From: a virus
Length of the DNA: 64,000 nucleotides
Strand: one strand, 5' to 3'
IMG/VR virus record: IMGVR_UViG_3300042351_000704
Span: 1 to 64,000 of that record
Shown here: in pieces, positions 39,957-49,400 of the stretch
How positions within the stretch are numbered: the first letter of the stretch is position 1
Layout: each line of letters starts with the position of its first letter
Translations under genes and position numbers: made by a program
The notes under the pieces: model-generated
Seen by the model: only the letters and a program-made list of their open reading frames with translations
What the model was told of the DNA's origin: nothing
Database searches by the model: none

Positions 39957-40628
39957 ATGAAGACAACTATTGGAGATGTAATCTCAAGAATCCGTTCCCA
40001 AGTGAAGGCAGTAAGGCAAGATGCTTTACTGACTGACAGGGTCATATATTCTTTTGTCAACAAGCACGCCAAGTGGTTAATGAAAAGAGAAGACTCTCGT
40101 AATAAGCTGATGGCTTTCTCTGGCGTTATTCAAACACTAGATCTGGTTGAACTTATTGATGTAGACAAGGTGGAAGCCTGCTGCACCGGACTATCTTCTG
40201 ATTGCACTATCAAGCGTACAAAAAAGAAGATGCCCATATTCATGCAAGGATACTGGGGTCCGCTTATTCGTACTGTAGCAAGCCTGGACGGCTCAGAAGA
40301 GTTGCAGCCAACTACACCGAGTCAGTATATTTCGATGAGCAAGAGCAAGAACTTCCGTTTTAATAAGACTAAATATTTCTGGTACCTGGATGATTATATC
40401 TATTTCCCGAACCTGGAGTGGGATGCAGTGCGTATAGAAGGAATTTTTGAAGATGACATCTCCAGCTTTACCTGTGAAGAAGACAGTTGCATGACCCGCT
40501 CTAGCCAGAGTTTCAATGTACCTGATTACCTGCTTGGTGAAATAGAAGCCAAGACTTTCCAGGACCTGGCTGGCATGATGCAAATGCCGGTTGATTTAAC
40601 CAATGATAAACAAAGCGTAGCCCGTTAA
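39957..40628 (+). CDS. tail ring/tubular protein
   Basis: Synteny; YFWYLDDYIYF.....AVRIEGIFED motif. Confidence 0.7.
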   Translation: MKTTIGDVISRIRSQVKAVRQDALLTDRVIYSFVNKHAKWLMKREDSRNKLMAFSGVIQTLDLVELIDVDKVEACCTGLSSDCTIKRTKKKMPIFMQGYWGPLIRTVASLDGSEELQPTTPSQYISMSKSKNFRFNKTKYFWYLDDYIYFPNLEWDAVRIEGIFEDDISSFTCEEDSCMTRSSQSFNVPDYLLGEIEAKTFQDLAGMMQMPVDLTNDKQSVAR

Positions 40629-40633
40629 TAGCC

Positions 40634-41530
40634 ATGAAGACAGAACCTAAATACCGTACGTTCGATGAGCTGCTCAATGAGGTGGCTACTGACTTTGTAC
40701 AATATAATAACGAAGGGATGATAGAACCTGGCCAGCTGATTAAGGTGGCTCAAAGGGTAAACTATGACCTGGGACTGCGCATACACGGTACTAAAGAAAA
40801 AGTGCTGGATATAGAAAAGAGTAAGACCAGATTACCGGATGATTTTTACGTGTTGAACTATGCTTTCCTCTGTGGTAAGTATACGGTGACACAACCTATT
40901 CTTCAAGGTCGTCACACTGAAAACGTGATACTTGATCCTGAACAGTGTAAAACAGTAAATCCTGAAACGCTGTGTAATAAATGTGGCGAGGTGGATACTA
41001 CTTGTTACTGTGAAAAGACTTACACCGTGGAATGCAAGACCGGAGAAAAGGTGTATGTACAGGTGGTGGAAAAGCGTGGCTTTGAAACAAAGACTTACGA
41101 GACATTTGACCGCATACATATCAGCACTTCTACTGGTAGAAAAGACGCTTTAGACAACAGAGGTAACAACGGCTATATTAAAAATGGTTTTATCTACACC
41201 AACCTGGAGCAGGGTAAACTATACATTTCTTATCAGGGAGCCCTGGAAGATGAAGAAGGTAACCTGCTGGTGCTGGATCACCCAATGATCAACGAGTATT
41301 ATGAATACGCCATTAAGCAACGCTTACTGGAAAACTTATTTATGAACGGGGAAGATGTAGCAGCAAAGATGCAGCTGGTAGAACAGCGTCTTCGTGCTGC
41401 ACGCAACAACGCCCTTACCATTGTAAACACTCCTGACTTTGCAGAGATGAAAGCTCTGTGGGAAATGAACCGCAAGGCACAGTATGGCAAGTACTACGAC
41501 ATGTTTAAATCAACCTCTTATGGTGTCTAA
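40634..41530 (+). CDS. tail ring/tubular protein
   Basis: TRLPDDFY; YIKNGFIYTNLEQGKLYISYQG...D.EG; upstream of the stabilization protein. Confidence 0.75.
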   Translation: MKTEPKYRTFDELLNEVATDFVQYNNEGMIEPGQLIKVAQRVNYDLGLRIHGTKEKVLDIEKSKTRLPDDFYVLNYAFLCGKYTVTQPILQGRHTENVILDPEQCKTVNPETLCNKCGEVDTTCYCEKTYTVECKTGEKVYVQVVEKRGFETKTYETFDRIHISTSTGRKDALDNRGNNGYIKNGFIYTNLEQGKLYISYQGALEDEEGNLLVLDHPMINEYYEYAIKQRLLENLFMNGEDVAAKMQLVEQRLRAARNNALTIVNTPDFAEMKALWEMNRKAQYGKYYDMFKSTSYGV

Positions 41531-41894
41531 AACTCCCAAGGTGCAAACCACTGTTCAGCTGCCAATGTATAACTGCAAGGTGGTAATGACAGTAGTGGAA
41601 AATGTCAAGCTTGAAGTAGAAAAACTATACAAGAAACACAAGATAAAAGAAGAGTTTGATGATGAAGCGGAAGGAGCTGTAGTAATGCCTGGTATGGATA
41701 CGTACTATTTACTGCTGGGACAAGCTTACCTCACACATAACACCATTGCACACGAGATATTTCATGCCGCTGTTCGTGTAACAGAAGACAGGGGAATAGT
41801 AGATGAAGAAGCACAGGCCTGGTTAGGCGGACACCTTACCGGACACCTTTACAAATTTTTAGACAAGAAGAAGCTACCAATAAAACATGGCTGA
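41520..41894 (+). CDS. small HExxH zinc-metallopeptidase-like protein
   Basis: IAHEIFHAA...DEEAQAWL; likely start is the ATG at 41520. Confidence 0.75.
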   Translation: MVSKTPKVQTTVQLPMYNCKVVMTVVENVKLEVEKLYKKHKIKEEFDDEAEGAVVMPGMDTYYLLLGQAYLTHNTIAHEIFHAAVRVTEDRGIVDEEAQAWLGGHLTGHLYKFLDKKKLPIKHG

Positions 41895-44800
41895 ACAATC
41901 ACAGAATCCAGGGGCGGTAACTAATTCCTTTTCTAAAGGAATGGTCAAAGACTTTAATGACACCTTTGTCGGAGAGGGACTGTGGAGCCATGCTCGTAAC
42001 GCAGTGAATAATTCACATGACGGACAGGTAGGTGTAATTGGTAATGAGCCAGCCAACTTGCATTGCGTAACTCTTCCGTATGATCTTATAGGATGCATTC
42101 TGTTAACCGATGACCGCTGGGCCATCTTTACTACCAACGATATAGATTCTGAAATAGGCATCTTTGATGAATCAGCCTGCACGTATACTAAGGCAGTCAA
42201 TGACCGTTGCCTGAACTTTAAACGTTCTAACCTGATTACAGGTATCAGCCGCAGACGCTACGATTGTGAGCGTCCGGTGTATTGGGCAGATGGTCTGAAC
42301 CCGGACCGTTTCATTGACCTGGACAATATTCCATTTAAGTATACTGAAACTCTGGTAGATGGTTGCATACAACGCACCTTTACCAATCAGCTGGATTGTG
42401 AAAAGATCAGACTGGCTGCTTACATCAAGCATCCTTGCCTGGAACTCTCACAAGGAAAGGTGGCAGGTAGTCTGTTAAACGGATCTTACCAGGTAGCGAT
42501 TGCTTACACCATCAACGGATCCAGGGTGACTGATTACCTCGGCCTATCCGAAGTGCAGTCTTTGTTTACCCACGAGAACAACAACTCTTCTTTGGAATTG
42601 AAGGTGCTTTCTGTTGATACCACCTTTGATACGTTTGACCTGGCTCTGATATCAAGAGTTAATGAGCAAACCTTTGTACGTAAGATCGGAGAGTATTCTA
42701 CTTCTCAGGGTACTATCTACATTGACCGTATCGATTTTGAGACTCCTACTATTCCTATACAAAACATCCTGCTGCGTTCAGAGCCTATTGAAAAAAGTGA
42801 TGCCCTGTACAGCGTGAATGATTACGCGTTACGCGTGGGTGTATACAGCAAGTTTAAGTTTAACTACCAGCAGCAGGCTAATAAGATTAAGACCAGCTGG
42901 GTGGCAGTAGAATATCCTAATAACTATTACATCAAAGGAGGAAACAATACCAGTTACTTAAGAGATGAGCAGTATGCGTTCTTTATTCGTTTTATATACA
43001 ACACCGGTGAACGTTCAGAGTCTTACCATATACCAGGAAGAGCAGCTACATCTTTTGATACACAGAATATCACAGGTACAGATGTATACGAAAACCTTGA
43101 CGGCATTCAGCGTCAGCGCTGGCAGGTAGAAAACACTGCATCTGTAAACAGTATTAGCACAGCAGCACTACCAGACGGTGGAAAGGTGGTAGCCAGTGGA
43201 GAGATGGGTTATTGGGAAAGCACCGAGCTTTACCCGGCAGATAAACCCAACATTTGGGGAAACCTTTGTGGTAAACCAATTCGTCACCACAAGATGCCGG
43301 ATGTAACTATTACTGGTGGTGGTGTAGTGAATCACTTTACTACAGACGGTAAGATTGTGCTTTTAGGGGTGCAGTTTGATAACATTATAGCTCCTGTTGA
43401 CAACAACGGTCAGCCGATTGCTTCTATAGTAGGTTACGAGATCCTTCGTGGATCACGCCAGGGTAATAAGTCCATCATGGCAAAAGGTATGTTTAACAAC
43501 ATGCGTGAGTATACCATTCCTGGTAACACTACACTAAAAGGACTTTACCAGAACTACCCATACAATGATCTTCGTCCGGATCTTTATCTGTCTGACAGAA
43601 GAAGAATCAGCGGAGAAGGTGTAGTGAATGTAACAGAGAGTAACTCTCCTACATTAAAGACTTACAAAAAAGATGTCTTTTCTTTTCATAGCCCGGAAGT
43701 AACTTTTACCAATCCGTTCCTGAATGCTGATGAAGTAAAGATTTATGAAGAATTGCATGGTACTGCACGTGGTCAGTTTGAAGTTCCTTTCCGTCATCCG
43801 AAGTTTAAGGTGGCAACCAACTTTACAGCAGCTGTGGCCAGGATCTCCGGACTTATGGATGCAGTGGCTAAAGTGGGCAAGGGTATCAAGATTGCAGCCA
43901 CCGAGAATATTCCGATTGATATGCAGTTTGGTCCGATCGGTAAACCACCTGCATTTCCATCTGCATCAGGTGGAGAAATTACAGGTCCGTTGCAAACAGC
44001 AGCTGCCTGGGCTAAGTATGCCCTTGACCTGATTACCTGGGGTGTAGAGGTAGCAACCATAGTTTCTCTTATAGGAGCTCTTGCAGAAATACAGTCTGAG
44101 AAACTCTTTGAACTTTTCCGTATCCTGATTCCTAAGCGCCAGTATGCTGCACAGTATAACTCGCATGGTTTCTATGATAAGTTTATTATTTCTTTAGTCG
44201 GCAACAGAAGAAGAAAGATTCTTGACGCCAGCTATATGGCCGGATCTAACCTGCAGTATTTTAATGATAAGTATCAGGTGAACAACATTCACCGCAGCTC
44301 AGGACTGGTAATACAAACACATGCAGACATCAGTAATCCTACGGTAGTAGATAACAGCCGTACCACAATTTCTGATTCAGGTAAAGGACTTTACAATACA
44401 TTTAGTACTACCATTTCTTCACACTACGGAGCAGTAAAACTGTTAATGCCATCTCAATATGGTCAGCTTAATTCTATAAAGCAACTGAGCGTATCGGTTT
44501 GCATGCATCCGATGAAAGCAGATACTACAACCAAGCATTCTACAGGTGTGTTGTTTGGTGGAGATACTTACATCAACCGTTTTACAGAAAAGAATAGCAT
44601 GTTCTTTTTTAACAACTGGCTGATGGGTGAGCAGGATGATATCGAGTTTGATTACACCCAGTATATCAATGTGCCTTGGGCCCGTTACTGGTTACATAAT
44701 ACACAATACCACAGTACGTTCTTAAAAGCAGCTGATGATTTCAGAGCACTGGATGACAGGCAGTCTTCTGCATTTCACGTAAACCGTGGTTACTTCTATC

Positions 44801-46458
44801 TCTTTAATTCAGGCGTGCGTGACTTCTATGTAGAATCAGAAGTGAACGTAGCGTACAGAGACTGGGAAGATGACTTTAGCAGACGCCACTATGATCCGTT
44901 ACGTTATACAGATCTTAGCATGCTATTTCGCTCTGATATTATCAAGAGTGGAAACTACTATAAGTATGATTACTCTTTGAGTGTATCTAAGCTGTTCAAC
45001 TCCCAGATTACCTGGGGTGAATTACTACCAAGAGATTATGATCCCGAGGTGGCTGCTACCTGTTACACTTACAGACCTAACCGTGTATTGTATTCTTTAC
45101 AACAACAGGACAACTCTAAAGATGATAACTGGAGAGTATACCTGGCCAATAACTACCGTGACTTCCCTGCCAGGGTAACAGTAATCAAATCAGTGAATTC
45201 TACTGGTGCGTTATTTATGCTCAAAGACAGAAGCCCTCAGCTTTTTAGCGGAGAGGAGCAACTGAAGATGGACGGTACAGGCGCTGTGATCAGTATTGGT
45301 GATGGTAACTTATTTAACCAGCCTGGTCAGTTGAAGTCTATTGTCAATGCAGACCGCTCTTACGAGTATGGCTCTTGCCAGAGCAAGTATGCTCACCTGG
45401 GGAATGTATACGGTGTATTCTGGGTAAGCCAGGACCAGGGTAAAGTGTTCCAGTATGCCGGTGGTATCAATGAGATATCACGCGATGGTATGAAATACTG
45501 GTTTGCCAAATACCTACCAAGTGAATTACTAAAACTATACCCTGAATATCCACTGGCGGATAACCCGCTTGTTGGTGTAGGTGTACAAATGATCTATGAT
45601 AATACCAATGAGATTATCTACATCAGTAAGAAAGATTACAAGCCAAAGGTTAGTAACCTACTTTATGATGATAAAGGATTCTATTCTCTGGTAGGCACTG
45701 TAAAAACTTACCGTCCGTTTACCGATTCAACTGCATGGGAAGACGCCAGCTGGACTGTATCATATGATCCAAAATCAAAGACCTGGATCAGCTACCATGA
45801 CTGGAAACCTACGTTCCTGATACCTGGTAAGAATCATTTTATGAGTGTAAACCGTAACAGCATTTGGAAACACAACATGCGTTGCGATCTGTTCTGTAAC
45901 TACTACGGTGTTGACTATCCGTTTGAAGTGGAGTTTATTTCTTCTACCGGACAGCAAACGACTTCTCTTAGAAACATTGAGTTCCTGCTGGAAGCATACA
46001 AGTATCATAACAGCTGTGCAGATAAGTTCCATGTACTGGATGAAAACTTTGACCAGGCTATTGTCTATAACTCTGAGCAGATCTCCGGACTACTGGAGCT
46101 GAACTTAAAGAGCAAGACTAATCCGGTGTCGATGTTAAACTTCCCGCAAGTGGGACCACAGTCTATCAAGATCCTATACGCAAAAGAAGAACAGAAGTAC
46201 AGGTTTAACCAGTTCTGGGATATTACCAAGAACCGTGGAGAGTTCAGTGCAACAACCAATGTACCAATGTTTAATACCAGGGCTAACGGATATGAGTTCC
46301 CGATTAACCCTCAGTATGTAAACTATCAAAAGTCACCACTTGAGCATAAGAAGTTTCGTCATAACGTGAACCGTGTATTACTCCGTAAACTGAAGAGTGC
46401 AGACGTGAAGCTACTATTCAAACTATCTAACCAGAAAATATTACAATCACCGAGGTAA
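41887..46458 (+). CDS. tail stabilization (muzzle) protein
   Basis: 1523 aa beta-rich; RDEQYAFFIRF, GKPIRHHKMPD, FGGDTYINRF, WTVSYDPKSKTWISYHDW; crAss-like synteny. Confidence 0.85.
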   Translation: MAEQSQNPGAVTNSFSKGMVKDFNDTFVGEGLWSHARNAVNNSHDGQVGVIGNEPANLHCVTLPYDLIGCILLTDDRWAIFTTNDIDSEIGIFDESACTYTKAVNDRCLNFKRSNLITGISRRRYDCERPVYWADGLNPDRFIDLDNIPFKYTETLVDGCIQRTFTNQLDCEKIRLAAYIKHPCLELSQGKVAGSLLNGSYQVAIAYTINGSRVTDYLGLSEVQSLFTHENNNSSLELKVLSVDTTFDTFDLALISRVNEQTFVRKIGEYSTSQGTIYIDRIDFETPTIPIQNILLRSEPIEKSDALYSVNDYALRVGVYSKFKFNYQQQANKIKTSWVAVEYPNNYYIKGGNNTSYLRDEQYAFFIRFIYNTGERSESYHIPGRAATSFDTQNITGTDVYENLDGIQRQRWQVENTASVNSISTAALPDGGKVVASGEMGYWESTELYPADKPNIWGNLCGKPIRHHKMPDVTITGGGVVNHFTTDGKIVLLGVQFDNIIAPVDNNGQPIASIVGYEILRGSRQGNKSIMAKGMFNNMREYTIPGNTTLKGLYQNYPYNDLRPDLYLSDRRRISGEGVVNVTESNSPTLKTYKKDVFSFHSPEVTFTNPFLNADEVKIYEELHGTARGQFEVPFRHPKFKVATNFTAAVARISGLMDAVAKVGKGIKIAATENIPIDMQFGPIGKPPAFPSASGGEITGPLQTAAAWAKYALDLITWGVEVATIVSLIGALAEIQSEKLFELFRILIPKRQYAAQYNSHGFYDKFIISLVGNRRRKILDASYMAGSNLQYFNDKYQVNNIHRSSGLVIQTHADISNPTVVDNSRTTISDSGKGLYNTFSTTISSHYGAVKLLMPSQYGQLNSIKQLSVSVCMHPMKADTTTKHSTGVLFGGDTYINRFTEKNSMFFFNNWLMGEQDDIEFDYTQYINVPWARYWLHNTQYHSTFLKAADDFRALDDRQSSAFHVNRGYFYLFNSGVRDFYVESEVNVAYRDWEDDFSRRHYDPLRYTDLSMLFRSDIIKSGNYYKYDYSLSVSKLFNSQITWGELLPRDYDPEVAATCYTYRPNRVLYSLQQQDNSKDDNWRVYLANNYRDFPARVTVIKSVNSTGALFMLKDRSPQLFSGEEQLKMDGTGAVISIGDGNLFNQPGQLKSIVNADRSYEYGSCQSKYAHLGNVYGVFWVSQDQGKVFQYAGGINEISRDGMKYWFAKYLPSELLKLYPEYPLADNPLVGVGVQMIYDNTNEIIYISKKDYKPKVSNLLYDDKGFYSLVGTVKTYRPFTDSTAWEDASWTVSYDPKSKTWISYHDWKPTFLIPGKNHFMSVNRNSIWKHNMRCDLFCNYYGVDYPFEVEFISSTGQQTTSLRNIEFLLEAYKYHNSCADKFHVLDENFDQAIVYNSEQISGLLELNLKSKTNPVSMLNFPQVGPQSIKILYAKEEQKYRFNQFWDITKNRGEFSATTNVPMFNTRANGYEFPINPQYVNYQKSPLEHKKFRHNVNRVLLRKLKSADVKLLFKLSNQKILQSPR

Positions 46459-49400
46459 TGAGTCAGTTCCTAAAATATATTACTAAGAAGATGCGTGGTG
46501 GTGGAGACATTGGTTCTTTGCCAGGTGTTCTTTCTTTGTCTGCTATCCAGCAAAAGATCAAGCTTGAAAAGGACATTAAAAATCAGAAGGCTAGAAATGC
46601 TCAGGCTACTATTTCTCAGTACATTCCAAAGCCTGGAGATCAGCAGAGAATGAACAGAGCCAAAGATGCTTACCGTGCAGACCTTGCTAAGCCTTTAAAC
46701 AGGGCAGCAGAGTCTCAGCTGGCAGCCAATGCCTGGAGCAACATTGTAAAGCCTATGCTGGAAATGGAAGGGATTGCATCTGGTGTTAGTGGTGTACGCA
46801 GTATGCTGGCTAAACCAAAGAGAATACCTACCAGTTTTTATTCTGATCCGGTGATTACTAGAGGACCTATTCCTAACCCATGGGATGGTAAAGGAATACG
46901 CGTGGAGATGGAAGGATCTTTAGACGTACCAGAAGGTATGATGCCTTATATAGGTAGGGAAGAGTGGGTTCCGACTACACCTGCAGAAAAGGTGTGGGCA
47001 TCTTTTTTTAACGGAAAGGCAAGACCTATTCCTCCTCCATATAAAAAACAAAAAGGTGGAGCTTATGTAGACTCTGTCTTTAATGCTCCAAATAATAAAC
47101 AACTAGAATGGGTTCAAAGACTCTATCAAAAAAATGGTAAGAGTATTATGGTACCTGGACAAACTGAACCGTCTACACATTATATGGAAAGTGGTGATGG
47201 TCGTGTGTATCCAACTGTAGTAACAATGCCTGACGGTAGTTTAAAATATTTAGGTAAAGGTGCTTATGATTATGCAGACTCTACTAAAACTTACATAAAA
47301 TTTCCAACAGATAATCAAGCCAAGTGGTTTGGTAAGAACTATAAAAAAGGAACTGGTGTACTAGCTAAGAAAAAAGGCGGTCCTATAGTAGACCCTCGTG
47401 GTCAGTGGGCACATCCTGGAAAGGTTACACGTATACCAGGATCTGACATCACTATGCAAGGTGTACCTTATCCTGTATTAGGTGTAGGCTCTAATGGTCA
47501 ACAGCAAATGATGTATCCTGGTGAAAACTATGATTTTGGTGGTGCTGCGTATGTAGATGAGTACCCAATGATGCAGTTTGGTGGTGGAACATTACTTGGT
47601 CCTTCTGGAATGATAATGTCACTAGCTTCTAAAGTTGCTAACTATTTTTCTAAACCAAAAAGTTCGGGAACTAATAAACGCATGACGACATATGGTCAAA
47701 TGAATGATAGTTATGCTAATAGAAATAAAACTTTCTATGATAAGTGGCAAGCTAATGATGCAATAAAGTATGATAGTTCAGTGAACCCTATTAATTTAAC
47801 TTCTGGTCGTTTTAGAGGAGCTAAGGTAGCACCAGGAATGATTAATGATATAGTTAACGCAGCTAAAACTAATAATGTAGATCCATGGTTAATGTTATCT
47901 CTTGTAGGTAGAGAATCTACTTTTGGCGCAGACAAGGAGTATATTGACCACAGAGAAGGTAATAAACAAGACTTAATTTCAGGTTGGAATGTAGCAGAAG
48001 ATTATCAACCATATGAAGTAAATAGATACTTAGCTGATAAAAAAGTACCAGGTATTAAAGTAATTAAAAATAGTGATGGTTGGAGTTATGAAGTAGAAGA
48101 TGAACAAGCTATAGAAAGTTATCTAAAAAGTAATCCCAAACTTATAGATGATTATTATAAAAAATTAGCATCTACACCTGATCTTGGTAAACTAGATAGT
48201 TTTTCTCTTGCTGCTCAAAGGATTAAAAAGAAAGGGGTTAAGAATTACAATCCCGGTGATCCTAGATATTCTTCTATGGTAAATGAAGATATGAATCTTT
48301 TAAAGAATGATGCTGCATTAAAAGCATACATGAAAACTCTAGGATATAGACAAGGTGGAGAATTTGGTGGTGTTGTTAAGATGCAACGTGGTGGTAGATC
48401 TATGTTTGATCCTATATTTAAGGAGGATCCAAAGCTTAATAAAAACAGAGGTGATATAGCATCCTACTTTCCTCAGATACAAAGGATGAAGGATGAACCT
48501 AAGATAAAGGAGGCAATCGTTAAAGCTGATCAGAAAAGACAACAACAAATACTTGCAGAGGCAGTTGCTATAGGTAATAAAAACAGAACCACTGTTAAAC
48601 AAGATAATAGAACATCTAGAGAAAAAGAGATTGCTCAACAACAAGTTGTTAATGCATACTTGAATGAAGCTAAAGGTAAGTCTCCTTTTGCTCAAACATT
48701 AAGTTCTTTCACACCAACAGGATATAATCCAGAGGCTAGTAAGATAGCCGCTGAAAACATAGGACAAATGACTCCTATGATGGGAGCCACTAGATTATTT
48801 AACACTGTAAGAGATCCTGAAAATAACCCTTATGGTATTGGTCAAGGGAATGGATTTCTAGCAAATACATTAGGTACAATAGGATTACTTGGAGATGTTT
48901 TTGATGTAGGTGCTGTAGCTGCTCCTGGTGTAAAAGCTGCAGGTAATTATCTTACCCAACAAACACCTTTAAGAAATGCTCATAAGTTAAATCCTTATGC
49001 TTTAACTGATGATATGTTGTTTAACAAAGAAGGAGTTGTTAACAGACAAATGTTTGGAGATGATGCTTACAACAGTTTTTTAAAATTTGGTCCTACTACT
49101 AGACCAGGTGTTCCAGAAATGGATAAGTTTATGGAATTTATTAAAGCACCTAGATCACAAATAAGATCTGCAAATGATGAGGTGTTTGAGGTTGTAAACA
49201 CTATGGAAGATGGAGTATTTAAATATCCATATTTTCAAGAAGGTAGTCTTTGGTATACAGGACAGCAAAGAAATAATCTTGCTAAGGAATTAGGAAAAGA
49301 AAGAATTATAACAACTCCTAAGTCAGATATTTGGTTTGCACCAGCTGGAGAAGCTACATTAATGGGTGGTGATGATCTTGTTTCAAAAGGTTTAATAGAT

